64,000 bases of DNA, taken from positions 6,520-70,519 of the forward strand of contig JAFSUM010000033.1 of the NCBI GenBank assembly GCA_017445245.1, given 5' to 3'. The position numbers and the translations under genes are program-made. Positions within the stretch are counted from its first letter, which is position 1. The number at the start of each line of letters is the position of its first letter. Source of the stretch: Bacilli bacterium. GTDB lineage: Bacteria > Bacillota_I > Bacilli_A > RFN20 > CAG-826. Shown in pieces: positions 16,583 to 25,685 of this stretch. The notes under the pieces were generated by a model. That model was not told the DNA's origin and did no database searches. It was given only the letters and a program-made list of their open reading frames with translations.

Positions 16583-18775
16583 ATGAGAAGAGGACTCATC
16601 CGAAAAGCCTTGGTAGGGTTTCTAGCCGCGTGTCTACTCGCAAGCTGTGACATCAGCTCGATGTTCGGCTATTCCACTAGTAGTGCCGATGCGGGTGTTC
16701 GTCCCCATGCCGGCCACTATCTTTTCGACCTTTATTCGCCGACTCAAAACCGTAACCCCGGCGTCCGTTATGCCCGTGGCGAAACCACCCTCAAAATGGA
16801 CAACAAAGACGTTTACGAGGCGTTTCTGTTCGAAACTTTGGATTCGGAAGACACCACGGTCACCTTTAATATCGACAAAGGCAAATACAAAACGCTGTGC
16901 TTCGTTGCTGGCTTGGCCGAAAACTATTTCAGCCATTATGACTTTAACTCTAGCTGTGCCTTCTCCGTCTGGAATGGGAACACGCGCATCTACGAAGACA
17001 TGTTTTATGCCCTTGGGCCTTCGAAATACGTTTCCGTGGATATTTCCACCGCGAGCAGCCTTACGTTCTTCCTCTCGCACCAATTCAGCATGGATTGCTT
17101 TGGCGTCGGCGAAGTGACGTTATGGGAAGACGCGAACCATTCCATCGCCCCAGCCGTCCAACACGCGGACAAGGAGGAGGACTTCCTCGATAACACGTAT
17201 TTTGTCTATGGCGACGGAAGCAATGGGGCGGATACGTGGGAACACCTTGACGATGATGACGGCGACAGCGGGTACTTCAAAATCCTAGGCGGCGACAAGT
17301 ACGCCCTCGTGGACAACGAGCGCATCACCAAAGGCGTCGCGTTTACGACCGCCACTTGGTTTGATGACACAGATTGCAAGAAATTCGTCATCAACGCGAT
17401 GGGTCGTTACCAATACCTCCATTTCAACCTCGGGCATATCGACACGTCCAAAACCGATGGCAGCGTGTATCTAAGAGTCTCGGTGGACCGGACCGTCAAG
17501 TTGCTCCGACTAGCCAAAGACGATGACCTTCCCCACGACATTACGATTCCCCTCAATTACGGGAAGATCGTGACGTTTGAAGTATTTCCCGACCCCAACT
17601 GCAAAGACCGCAAGGACATGTTTAGCTATGGCAGCTATTGCATTTATAACATGATTGGCTCGCCTAATGAGTCTTTTCCCGCAAGCAGCTCGCAGCAAGT
17701 TTTTGATGGCAGCTACAAACTGATTTCGGAAGTCGGCAAGCCCTTTAGCATCGTCAACCAGTTCAGCAACGCGGACACCATCATGGACGGCAAGACGTCG
17801 ATGGCGGGTATCCAGATGTGCGGCGTCCTCTATTCCGAAGGCCTCCGCATGAAGTCGATTTATAACACCCTTACCTCGGGTTTAGGAGCCGTCTCGGCCA
17901 GAGCGAGCTTTAATCTGCGCGGAGCCTTTGATTTCCTCACGTTCAAAGTGGGGCGCAGGGACAAGTCGGCTCTTGTTTCGGAAAAACTGAACATCTATCT
18001 CGACGACAATTTGGTGCTGAATGATGCATTGAGTTCCATGGGCGCCGTCAAAGACTATGAAGTCCGCGTCACGGGTGGTAAAAAAGTCACCTTTGAAATC
18101 GTAGGAACAAGCGACACGTATCGTGGTTTCTATGGGATTGTCGATATCGGCGTTCATACCGGCGTGGTCCGTCCTCTATCCTTTGACCATCGACCCGTTT
18201 CGCCTCGCGCGGCCCAGGACGATTACGTTTCGGGTCAAACGTATTACCTGATGCGCGATATCTTGCCTTACGAATCCTTTTCGAAACAAAACGAACAGGA
18301 CATCCTGACCGATGACCGCAACGATACCGCCGAATATACGACCGCCGATGGGCGTGGCTTTGAGGCCAATGGTACGTGGCATTCCGAGGGCGTCGTACTA
18401 CAAACCGGAACGTATGCGTCTTTAGGAGGTGGTGGCGCTTCGATCGCCATGGGCGCGATGTTTGTCGGATTCGTCTTGCTGGTGCCAATGGGCATGAGCG
18501 ACGTGAACTGTGCCTCTTTAGCCGCCTTTAATCTCCGCGATAAATTCAGCGCCCTGTCCTTCAAAGTCGCTCCGACGCAAGACGGAGGCAAGATGGAGAA
18601 GCTCTCCGTCGTCACGCCTAATGGCGTCCTCGCTGAATATGATCTCGACCCGATGGGCGAGACAACATGCACGCTTTCCGTGGATGGCGTATCCGAATTC
18701 ATGTTCTTCCTCTCCTTCACCGACAGCGGTTCCGTGCCCTTTGGGTTCTACGACATGGAACTCACGGCAAAATAA
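16583..18775 (+). CDS. Lipoprotein with four NPCBM-like (carbohydrate-binding-type) repeats
   Basis: GAGGGGG Shine-Dalgarno. Lipobox in FLAACLLASC. Four roughly 120-aa repeats share the pattern F.L.G.Y..L.F.VG....(short).V...L....M.....V.V.G...L.F. Confidence 0.65.
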   Translation: MRRGLIRKALVGFLAACLLASCDISSMFGYSTSSADAGVRPHAGHYLFDLYSPTQNRNPGVRYARGETTLKMDNKDVYEAFLFETLDSEDTTVTFNIDKGKYKTLCFVAGLAENYFSHYDFNSSCAFSVWNGNTRIYEDMFYALGPSKYVSVDISTASSLTFFLSHQFSMDCFGVGEVTLWEDANHSIAPAVQHADKEEDFLDNTYFVYGDGSNGADTWEHLDDDDGDSGYFKILGGDKYALVDNERITKGVAFTTATWFDDTDCKKFVINAMGRYQYLHFNLGHIDTSKTDGSVYLRVSVDRTVKLLRLAKDDDLPHDITIPLNYGKIVTFEVFPDPNCKDRKDMFSYGSYCIYNMIGSPNESFPASSSQQVFDGSYKLISEVGKPFSIVNQFSNADTIMDGKTSMAGIQMCGVLYSEGLRMKSIYNTLTSGLGAVSARASFNLRGAFDFLTFKVGRRDKSALVSEKLNIYLDDNLVLNDALSSMGAVKDYEVRVTGGKKVTFEIVGTSDTYRGFYGIVDIGVHTGVVRPLSFDHRPVSPRAAQDDYVSGQTYYLMRDILPYESFSKQNEQDILTDDRNDTAEYTTADGRGFEANGTWHSEGVVLQTGTYASLGGGGASIAMGAMFVGFVLLVPMGMSDVNCASLAAFNLRDKFSALSFKVAPTQDGGKMEKLSVVTPNGVLAEYDLDPMGETTCTLSVDGVSEFMFFLSFTDSGSVPFGFYDMELTAK

Positions 18776-18790
18776 GGGACTTCTGATTGA

Positions 18791-18840
18791 AAAAACCAAG
18801 TTCTGCGCGATTAGGAACGCATTGCTTGGTTTTTGTTTTC
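18791..18840 (+). terminator. Rho-independent terminator candidate
   Basis: A long hairpin AAACCAAG...CTTGGTTT contains an inner TGCG/CGCA pairing. It is followed by TTTTGTTTT. Confidence 0.5.
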
Positions 18841-18922
18841 CTTACGTGCGTGCGGATTTTCTTTGCTTTTCTTACCCAAAGCGGCTAGATTGACGTTATA
18901 AGCCTTTCACGGAGGAATAAAT

Positions 18923-21217
18923 ATGAGAGCAAACTGGAAAGTGTTGTCGCTTCCGTTTCTTCTCGTCCTGGCACTAGGTGCCTGTGGCGAGGGAACGAGT
19001 TCGTCGCAGCAGACGAGCAGTGGTCAGGCGACCACGAGTCAAACTAGCGGCGGTGGAACTTCAAGTTCGTCCGCGCCGACGGAGGGCATCGCCTTATTTG
19101 ACGCCAACAGCGTCCTGGTCGGTGGGGTTAAGGCCAACCCGGCTGACCCGAATTCACCCTTGCCCGAACTGAAGGAAAACATCCTTACGGCGCCTCTAGC
19201 CACTTACCGCCTCGCCGGAAAAGGAGAGGCCCCGTACGTCGAAGTTTCCGAAATGGCGAACGCGATCAATGTCGCAGCGGCTACGGTCATTACGCCGGGG
19301 ATTACCACCGAAAGCAAATCCGACGGGTTCCACATTTATTCCCCCGATAAGAAAGGCGAATTGATTCTTAACGCCGAAACCGATCAGGTCAAAGCCAAGA
19401 ACACCGCCTCCTTCTCCCACCCGGCCGTCACCGACAATAACGGCGTCACGGGCGACTATTGCGTCTTCCGCGGCAAGACCATCGCCGAAAGCGATAAGAC
19501 CAAGGTTTATACGGAGGACGGATCGGCCATTCCCGAATACCTGACGTTCGATTTTGCGAAATACGGGTTCGATATTTATAAGCAAAACGGCAAGTTCTAT
19601 GCCCCTCTTGAAGCCCTTTCCAAAGTCATGTACCGCGACATCGGTTTGGATTTCGCCTATAACGGCAAGGAATTCCATCTCAATGCGCTAACGAATTACA
19701 CCAGGGCCCGCATCTATTCTTCCAAGGGCTATTGGATTTCTGCGGGCGCGATTTATAAGCCTAGCGCCAAAAAAGGCGAAGGCGAGGCTTTTCGCTTCGA
19801 ATATTCCTATAAAGCCCTGAAGGCGGGAAGCGAAACGGAAACCGAAACCCTCACCAAGTTCATGATTCTCAATGACGACGCGGCCAAAACGGGTTTCTGC
19901 GTGACCTGTGTCGGCACGGAATACGATCCGAACAAGACCGTTCCTAGCGACGAAGCGTATTTTGGCTACTCCTGGACCAAGGAAGCCGAGATGCTCTACG
20001 TTCGCGTCAGTCAGGAAGGCACGCCTGTTGGCGACTATTGCATCCATCTCGACGAGACCAACTTCAACAAAAAGGTCATCGACAAAGGCGTCAGCGAATA
20101 CAACTACAACATCCTTCGCTTCCTCTTCGATAACATCTATGGCCTTAAGGCCATCAAAGGCATCACCGATGCCGAAGCCTATTTCGAGTCCGTCGGGGCC
20201 AAAGAGGGTTTGAAGAGCACGCAGATCGCAGACTATAACAAAGCCCTCGCCAAGCTCATCGGCGCGGTGGATGATGGCCATACCGGCTTCACGTCCCTTT
20301 CGCCTTATACCGCCTATGAAGATAGCTCCTCGTTACCCGAACTGATGTCGAAAGAATTTGGGCCTCGTCTCAAAGACCTCACCACTAAAAAGAACAAATA
20401 TGCGCAAGCTAGGGTCACGAAATACGCGGAACTCAACCCCACCGATCCGCGAAGCGGCAATACGGATCCGAATTATTACCAAGGCCTTACTTTATCCAAG
20501 GACAAGAAGACGGCGATTATCACCTTCGACGGCTTCCAGCATACCGCGGCGGAAATCGATAGCATGGGTGCCATGTTCCCGCCCGATTATGAAATTGAAG
20601 AATCCGAATACCGCATCCTTTCGCGTTCGAAGATGGTCAATTCTTCTCCGGATGGTTTCTCGGCGGCTTTCCAGATTCTTAAGACCATCAACAAAAACGC
20701 GGACGTCGTCAAAAACGTCGTCGTCGATTTGACGAATAACGGTGGCGGCATGATTGCGACCTTGCCTTATCTTGCCGCTTTCTTCACCGACGACCCTACT
20801 TACGTGCTTAAAGACACCACGAACAACACCGTTCGCGAATACCATTACAAGGTCGACCTTAACGCGGATGGCGTCTATGGCGGCGCGGGCGACACGTTCA
20901 AAGGCAAGTTCAATTTCTTCTTCCTGACGTCTGGATTCTCCTTCTCTTGCGGCAATTGCCTCCCTGGCATGGCTAAGGACGCAGGGGTCAAGATCATCGG
21001 TGAGAGAAGCGGTGGCGGCGTGAGCCCCGTCGGCGTCTACCTCGATGCCCTTGGCAGTGGCATCAACCTCTCGAACTTCACCAACATGGCTTATAAGGGG
21101 CCCGACGGCAAATACATGCAAAACGATGCCGGTATTCCCCTCGACCACGAATTCCCGCTTCAAAACGGCAACTGGTACGACCCTGAAGCAATCAACACCT
21201 TCGTGAGCTCGCTGTAA
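18923..21217 (+). CDS. S41 (C-terminal-processing peptidase)-like lipoprotein
   Basis: GGAGGA Shine-Dalgarno. Lipobox in LVLALGAC. VVVDLTNNGGG resembles the S41 DLRxNxGG motif. FFLTSGFSFSCGN...VKIIGERSGGG resembles the S41 SASAxE...GExTxGKG block. Confidence 0.65.
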   Translation: MRANWKVLSLPFLLVLALGACGEGTSSSQQTSSGQATTSQTSGGGTSSSSAPTEGIALFDANSVLVGGVKANPADPNSPLPELKENILTAPLATYRLAGKGEAPYVEVSEMANAINVAAATVITPGITTESKSDGFHIYSPDKKGELILNAETDQVKAKNTASFSHPAVTDNNGVTGDYCVFRGKTIAESDKTKVYTEDGSAIPEYLTFDFAKYGFDIYKQNGKFYAPLEALSKVMYRDIGLDFAYNGKEFHLNALTNYTRARIYSSKGYWISAGAIYKPSAKKGEGEAFRFEYSYKALKAGSETETETLTKFMILNDDAAKTGFCVTCVGTEYDPNKTVPSDEAYFGYSWTKEAEMLYVRVSQEGTPVGDYCIHLDETNFNKKVIDKGVSEYNYNILRFLFDNIYGLKAIKGITDAEAYFESVGAKEGLKSTQIADYNKALAKLIGAVDDGHTGFTSLSPYTAYEDSSSLPELMSKEFGPRLKDLTTKKNKYAQARVTKYAELNPTDPRSGNTDPNYYQGLTLSKDKKTAIITFDGFQHTAAEIDSMGAMFPPDYEIEESEYRILSRSKMVNSSPDGFSAAFQILKTINKNADVVKNVVVDLTNNGGGMIATLPYLAAFFTDDPTYVLKDTTNNTVREYHYKVDLNADGVYGGAGDTFKGKFNFFFLTSGFSFSCGNCLPGMAKDAGVKIIGERSGGGVSPVGVYLDALGSGINLSNFTNMAYKGPDGKYMQNDAGIPLDHEFPLQNGNWYDPEAINTFVSSL

Positions 21218-21225
21218 CCATTAAG

Positions 21226-21257
21226 GCCCTCTTATGCAACTACATGGGAGGGTTTTT
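21226..21257 (+). terminator. Weak terminator candidate after the S41-like gene
   Basis: CCCTC...GAGGG stem followed by a T5 run. Confidence 0.4.
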
Positions 21258-21324
21258 CTCGCTCTTTCAACGGTAGTTAACACCCCTTTTAGGGGTTTGT
21301 ATGCATCAGCCAATGTTTGTTTAT

Positions 21325-21364
21325 TTACAAACTTGCGGTTTATCTACTTACAAACTTGCGGTTT
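21325..21364. repeat. Two 17-bp direct repeats TTACAAACTTGCGGTTT spaced 23 bp start to start
   Basis: Exact copies at 21325-21341 and 21348-21364, read directly from the sequence. Confidence 0.8.
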
Positions 21365-21704
21365 TACTGCGACTCTATGGGCGCTGGTCGAGGTGAAATT
21401 AGGCGATGCCGAAGAAATCAACAAGGCTTCTTTGAAACTTCTCTCTCTTGCGAATGACATTGACGAGAAAGAGCACCCAAGACCAGCTTTTCTGATGATT
21501 ATTACTTGCGGGGCCTTTGCCTCAAGAGACAAAAATGGTGTTTATATCGTCCCCCTCGGTTGTCTTAAGCCATAAGTGAACTATGGCCACAAAGGACCCC
21601 AATAAAAGCCGGGCAAGATCACTTTAACTAAGACACGGCCTCTTTCCGCCGCATGGATAGGTTAATGTTTTTTAACGAAATATAATGAAATTTAATGATT
21701 TTGC

Positions 21705-21720
21705 TTGAAAGCGCTTTCAA
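21705..21720. promoter_or_regulatory. Perfect 16-bp palindrome TTGAAAGCGCTTTCAA (cre-like operator) upstream of fruR
   Basis: It matches the CcpA cre consensus TGWAANCGNTNWCA at every specified position. It lies 19 bp downstream of a TATAAT (21681-21686) and 25 bp upstream of the fruR ATG. Confidence 0.6.
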
Positions 21721-21744
21721 CATCGTGCATAGTTAGGTGCAAAC

Positions 21745-22491
21745 ATGTTAAAAGAAGCACGCCTTAATCAGATTCTCGAAGCGGTCAACGAGCGGAAGTA
21801 CATGTCCCTCCGCGCTTTGATGGACCTCACCAATAGCAGCGAATCCACGATTCGCGCAGACCTTATCGAATTATCCAAAGCAGGGAAGATCTATCGCCTT
21901 CGCGGCGGCGCCCAAGCCATCAATAATGAAAGCTTTTCTTTTGAATTGTCCCTCGAAGATAAGATGGGAATTCGCTTGGCCGAAAAGAAAGCCATCGCCC
22001 GCAAGGCGCTTACTCTTATTCGTCCGAACACGATTCTCTATTTCGACGCAGGAACGTCTACGTATGCTCTTGCAGAGGAACTCGATGTCCCTGGCGTAAA
22101 GGTGGTCACCAATTCCGTCTATTTGGCCCGTAAGGTCATTTCCAAGGGCTACAAGGCTTATGTCATCGGTGGGGAGTTCAAGTCCTCGACCGACGCGTTT
22201 ATCGGTCCCATGGCGCAAGAAATCCTCTCGCGCTTCCACTTTGATATCGGGTTTTTCGGCACGAACGGAATCCATTTGGAGCAGGGGTGCACGACCCCTG
22301 ACGTAGAGGAAGCCGCGATCAAGCAAAAGGCCATGAACCAATGCGAGGAAGCTTATATCCTCGCGGACTCTTCCAAGTTCGGCGTCATCACCAGCGTGAG
22401 CTTCCATTCCTTCGATCCCGAGCACATCATCACCGACCATATCGAAAAAGACGAATTCAAGAACCTTGGTATTTTGGAGGCCAAAGCATGA
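21745..22491 (+). CDS. fruR: DeoR-family transcriptional regulator of the fructose operon
   Basis: The N-terminus is a DeoR HTH (RLNQILEAVNERKYMSLRALMDLTNSSESTIRADLIELSKAGKIYRLRGGA) and the C-terminus a sugar-phosphate-binding domain. It is the first gene of the fruK/fruA cluster. Confidence 0.85.
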   Translation: MLKEARLNQILEAVNERKYMSLRALMDLTNSSESTIRADLIELSKAGKIYRLRGGAQAINNESFSFELSLEDKMGIRLAEKKAIARKALTLIRPNTILYFDAGTSTYALAEELDVPGVKVVTNSVYLARKVISKGYKAYVIGGEFKSSTDAFIGPMAQEILSRFHFDIGFFGTNGIHLEQGCTTPDVEEAAIKQKAMNQCEEAYILADSSKFGVITSVSFHSFDPEHIITDHIEKDEFKNLGILEAKA

Positions 22492-23390
22492 TCTATACCG
22501 TAACCTTTTCGCCCGCGATCGACTATGTCGTCGATTTGGACCATCTCGAGAAAGGCGCGATTAACCGGAGCAAGGGAGAACATTGTCTCCCGGGCGGAAA
22601 AGGCATCAACGTGTCCATCGTTTTGGCCAATTTGGGTAAGCCTTCCATCGCGACGGGCTTCCTCGGCGGCTTTACGGGTGCCTATATTCGCGACGAACTC
22701 GAAAAGCGCGGCATCGCCTCGGGATTCGTGAAAGTCGATGGCAACACGCGCATCAACGTCAAACTTCGTGGCCAGGAAGAAACCGCGATCAACGGCCAAG
22801 GACCCCATATCACCGACGAGCAGATCGAGGAATTGATGGAGCAGTTAGAGAAATTGACGAACAAAGACCTCCTCGTCATCTCCGGCACGATCCCTTCTTC
22901 CCTTCCTAGCGATATCTACGAAAAGATCCTCGAACGCATTAAGGACAACCATGTCGAACTTATCGTCGATGCGACCAACGACATCCTCCTCAATACCCTT
23001 AAATACCGCCCCCTCTTGGTCAAACCGAACCAAGAAGAACTCGAAGAGATGTTCCATGTGACCATCCATAACGAAGAAGAACTTATCGAAAATGCGAAGA
23101 AGCTTTTAGCTCTTGGGGCCAAAAACGTCATCGTCTCCCTCGGCGGGGATGGGGCGTTATTAGTCGGCGAAGGGCTAGAGCCGCTTCATTTACCCGCCCC
23201 TAAGGGCAAAGTCGTCAATACGGTCGGAGCAGGGGATTCCCTGGTCGCCGGCTTTATCGACGAATACACCAATTCGGGAAACATCGCGAAAGCCTTCCGT
23301 CGAGGCATCGCGACAGGCAGCGCTTCCGCCTTCTCGGAAGGACTGGCGACCAAGGAAGAGGTCGAAGCCCTGCTTAAAAAGATGGATTAG
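22488..23390 (+). CDS. fruK: 1-phosphofructokinase (PfkB family)
   Basis: The ATG at 22488 overlaps the fruR stop (ATGA) and has a GGAGG Shine-Dalgarno. The sequence begins MIYTVTFSPAIDY and contains GGKGINVS and NTVGAGDSLVAGF. The 22341 start in the ORF track is an upstream in-frame artefact. Confidence 0.9.
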   Translation: MIYTVTFSPAIDYVVDLDHLEKGAINRSKGEHCLPGGKGINVSIVLANLGKPSIATGFLGGFTGAYIRDELEKRGIASGFVKVDGNTRINVKLRGQEETAINGQGPHITDEQIEELMEQLEKLTNKDLLVISGTIPSSLPSDIYEKILERIKDNHVELIVDATNDILLNTLKYRPLLVKPNQEELEEMFHVTIHNEEELIENAKKLLALGAKNVIVSLGGDGALLVGEGLEPLHLPAPKGKVVNTVGAGDSLVAGFIDEYTNSGNIAKAFRRGIATGSASAFSEGLATKEEVEALLKKMD

Positions 23391-23404
23391 AAAGGAGGAT
23401 AAGC

Positions 23405-25408
23405 ATGAAAATAACAGACCTGCTATCAGAAAAAACCATCTCCACAACCGTATTCGCCACATCGAAGGAGGACGTGATCAAGCAAGCGGTTGCCCTCATC
23501 GCGAACTCCGGCGCCATCCGTGATGTCGCCGTTTACGAGAAAGGCGTCTTCAAACGCGAAGACGAATCGACGACCGGCATCGGAGAGGGTATTGCCATTC
23601 CTCACTGCAAATCCGACGTCGTCGCCAAACCCGCTTTGGCCGCCATGGTCATCCCTGAAGGTGTCGATTACGCCGCACTAGATGGCGAACCCGTCCACCT
23701 CTTGTTCCTCATCGCGGCCCCCAACTCGGAAGATAACGTCCACCTCGACGTCCTCGCCCGTCTCTCCGAAATGCTCATGAACGACGAGTTCAAAAACAAA
23801 CTCCTCGCCGCGAAAAGCAAGAAAGAATTCCTCAAAGTCATCGACGAAGCCGAATCTGAAAAGCTAGAAGAAGCGGAAGAAACCGAACAGTTCCCGCGCG
23901 TTTTGGCCGTCACGGGCTGCCCGACGGGCATCGCCCATACCTACATGGCCGAACAGTCTTTGAAGGACAAGGCCAAGGAAATGGGCATTTCCATCAAAGT
24001 CGAAACCAATGGCTCCGGCGGCATCAAAAACGCTCTCACGGATGAAGAAATCGAACACTGCGAAGGCATCGTCGTCGCGGCGGACGTCCAGGTTGAAATG
24101 GACCGTTTCGCCGGCAAGCGCGTCGTGCAGGTCGCGGTCGCCAAAGGCATCCACGAGCCCGAGCGCTTGATTAAAGAAGCCCTCGATCCCAATACCCCCG
24201 TGTATATGGAGGGTGAAGAACGCAAGACCAGCGGTGGTGATGGCAAGCCTTCTGTTGCCCGCCAGATCTATAAGCATTTGATGTCGGGCGTCAGCCACAT
24301 GCTGCCGTTTGTCATCGGCGGCGGTATTCTCATCGCCCTCGCCTTCTTAATCGATACCATCGCCGGCAATGCTGGCGCGAAGAACTTCGGCGACGTGAAC
24401 CAAGTCGCCCACTGGTTCAAGACCGTCGGCGGATATGCCTTCAACTTCATGGTCTGGATTCTCTCGGGCTTCATCGCGTACTCGATTACCCGTCAAAACA
24501 AAGGTGCCTTGGCCGTCGGTATGGTCGGCGGCTTCATCGCGACCCAATCCGACTTCAACATCCTCGCCTCGATCCAAGGCAAAGATTACACCCTCACGGC
24601 TAACGCGGGCTTCCTCGGCGGCATCGTCGCCGGTTTCGCGGCTGGCTACCTCGTCATCGGGCTCAACCGCCTCTTCAAATTCCTGCCCAAATCGCTCGAA
24701 TCGCTTAAGGCGACTCTCATCGTCCCGGTGCTTGGCACGTTATTAATCGGCTTGACCATGTATTTGGTTAACACCCCGCTTATCTACGTCAACATCGGCT
24801 TCACCAACATGCTCAACTGGCTCGCCCAGAATAACCTCACCATCTTGCTGTGCGCTCTCCTTGGCGCGATGATGGCCATCGACATGGGCGGTCCGATCAA
24901 CAAAGCGGCCTACGTCTTCGCGACGGCTGCTCTTGCCTCCGCTTCCAGCGCCGAGCCTTCTGGCTACATCATCATGGCGGCCGTCATGGCCGGTGGTATG
25001 GTGCCGCCTCTAGGCATCGCCATCTCCGCCAACCTCTTCCCGCAGAAATATAAGAAGAATCAGCGTCGTGACGCCTATGTTAACTACGTCATGGGTGCTG
25101 CGTTTATCACCGAAGGCGCGATTCCCTTTGCTGCCAGCGATCCTTGGCGCGTCATTGTTTCCTCGGTCGGGGGTTCTGCCGTCGCCGGACTTCTCACCGG
25201 ACTCTTCGGCTGCCAGCTTTTCGCCCCGCATGGCGGTGTCTTCGTCCTCGCGACGATCCAACCCTCCGGCTGGACCATCCTTCTCTATCTTCTCGCCATT
25301 GTCGCCGGTTCGTTTGTCACCGCGCTTCTGCTCGGTATCCTAAAGAAGAATGCCGACAACCCCGAACTCGGCAAATGGAAGGGCATCAACTTCCCTTGGG
25401 CCAAATAA
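23405..25408 (+). CDS. fruA: PTS fructose-specific EIIABC
   Basis: The EIIA His site is GIAIPHCKS. The EIIB Cys site is LAVTGCPTGIAHTYMA. A multi-TM EIIC domain follows. Confidence 0.9.
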   Translation: MKITDLLSEKTISTTVFATSKEDVIKQAVALIANSGAIRDVAVYEKGVFKREDESTTGIGEGIAIPHCKSDVVAKPALAAMVIPEGVDYAALDGEPVHLLFLIAAPNSEDNVHLDVLARLSEMLMNDEFKNKLLAAKSKKEFLKVIDEAESEKLEEAEETEQFPRVLAVTGCPTGIAHTYMAEQSLKDKAKEMGISIKVETNGSGGIKNALTDEEIEHCEGIVVAADVQVEMDRFAGKRVVQVAVAKGIHEPERLIKEALDPNTPVYMEGEERKTSGGDGKPSVARQIYKHLMSGVSHMLPFVIGGGILIALAFLIDTIAGNAGAKNFGDVNQVAHWFKTVGGYAFNFMVWILSGFIAYSITRQNKGALAVGMVGGFIATQSDFNILASIQGKDYTLTANAGFLGGIVAGFAAGYLVIGLNRLFKFLPKSLESLKATLIVPVLGTLLIGLTMYLVNTPLIYVNIGFTNMLNWLAQNNLTILLCALLGAMMAIDMGGPINKAAYVFATAALASASSAEPSGYIIMAAVMAGGMVPPLGIAISANLFPQKYKKNQRRDAYVNYVMGAAFITEGAIPFAASDPWRVIVSSVGGSAVAGLLTGLFGCQLFAPHGGVFVLATIQPSGWTILLYLLAIVAGSFVTALLLGILKKNADNPELGKWKGINFPWAK

Positions 25409-25426
25409 TATAAAGGAGCATATACC

Positions 25427-25684
25427 ATGAAATCGTTCACCTACGTCATCACCGACAAAGAAGGCATCCACGCCAGACCCGCCGGCCTCGTCGTGGCCGA
25501 AGCCAAGAAATTCGCCTCCGCCATCACCATCGAAAACAAAGGTAAGAAAGCCGACCTCAAGCGCATCTTCGGCGTCATGTCCCTCTGCGTCAAAAACGGC
25601 GAAGAAGTCGTGATCACCTGCGACGGCGCCGACGAAGAAACCGCTTCTGCCGCTGTCGAAAAAGTCTTCAAGGAAAATCTCTAA
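25427..25684 (+). CDS. ptsH: HPr-like phosphocarrier protein with His15 present and regulatory Ser46 replaced by Arg
   Basis: GIHARPA contains His15. At the position of the canonical LKSIMGVMSLG the protein reads DLKRIFGVMSLC. Confidence 0.85.
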   Translation: MKSFTYVITDKEGIHARPAGLVVAEAKKFASAITIENKGKKADLKRIFGVMSLCVKNGEEVVITCDGADEETASAAVEKVFKENL

Positions 25685-25685
25685 T

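Noticed and set aside
21234-21575. The 113-aa ORF in the S41/fruR spacer as a genuine gene.
   Set aside because: Its first half runs through two terminator-like hairpins and the 17-bp direct repeats. It has no Shine-Dalgarno. Only the last 50 or so residues look protein-like. I treated it as a possible remnant (see findings) rather than a gene.
22341-22487. N-terminal extension of 49 aa on fruK in the ORF track, overlapping fruR.
   Set aside because: The PfkB homology begins at MIYTVTFSPAIDY. That ATG has a GGAGG Shine-Dalgarno and overlaps the fruR stop. The extension is an out-of-frame read-through of fruR.
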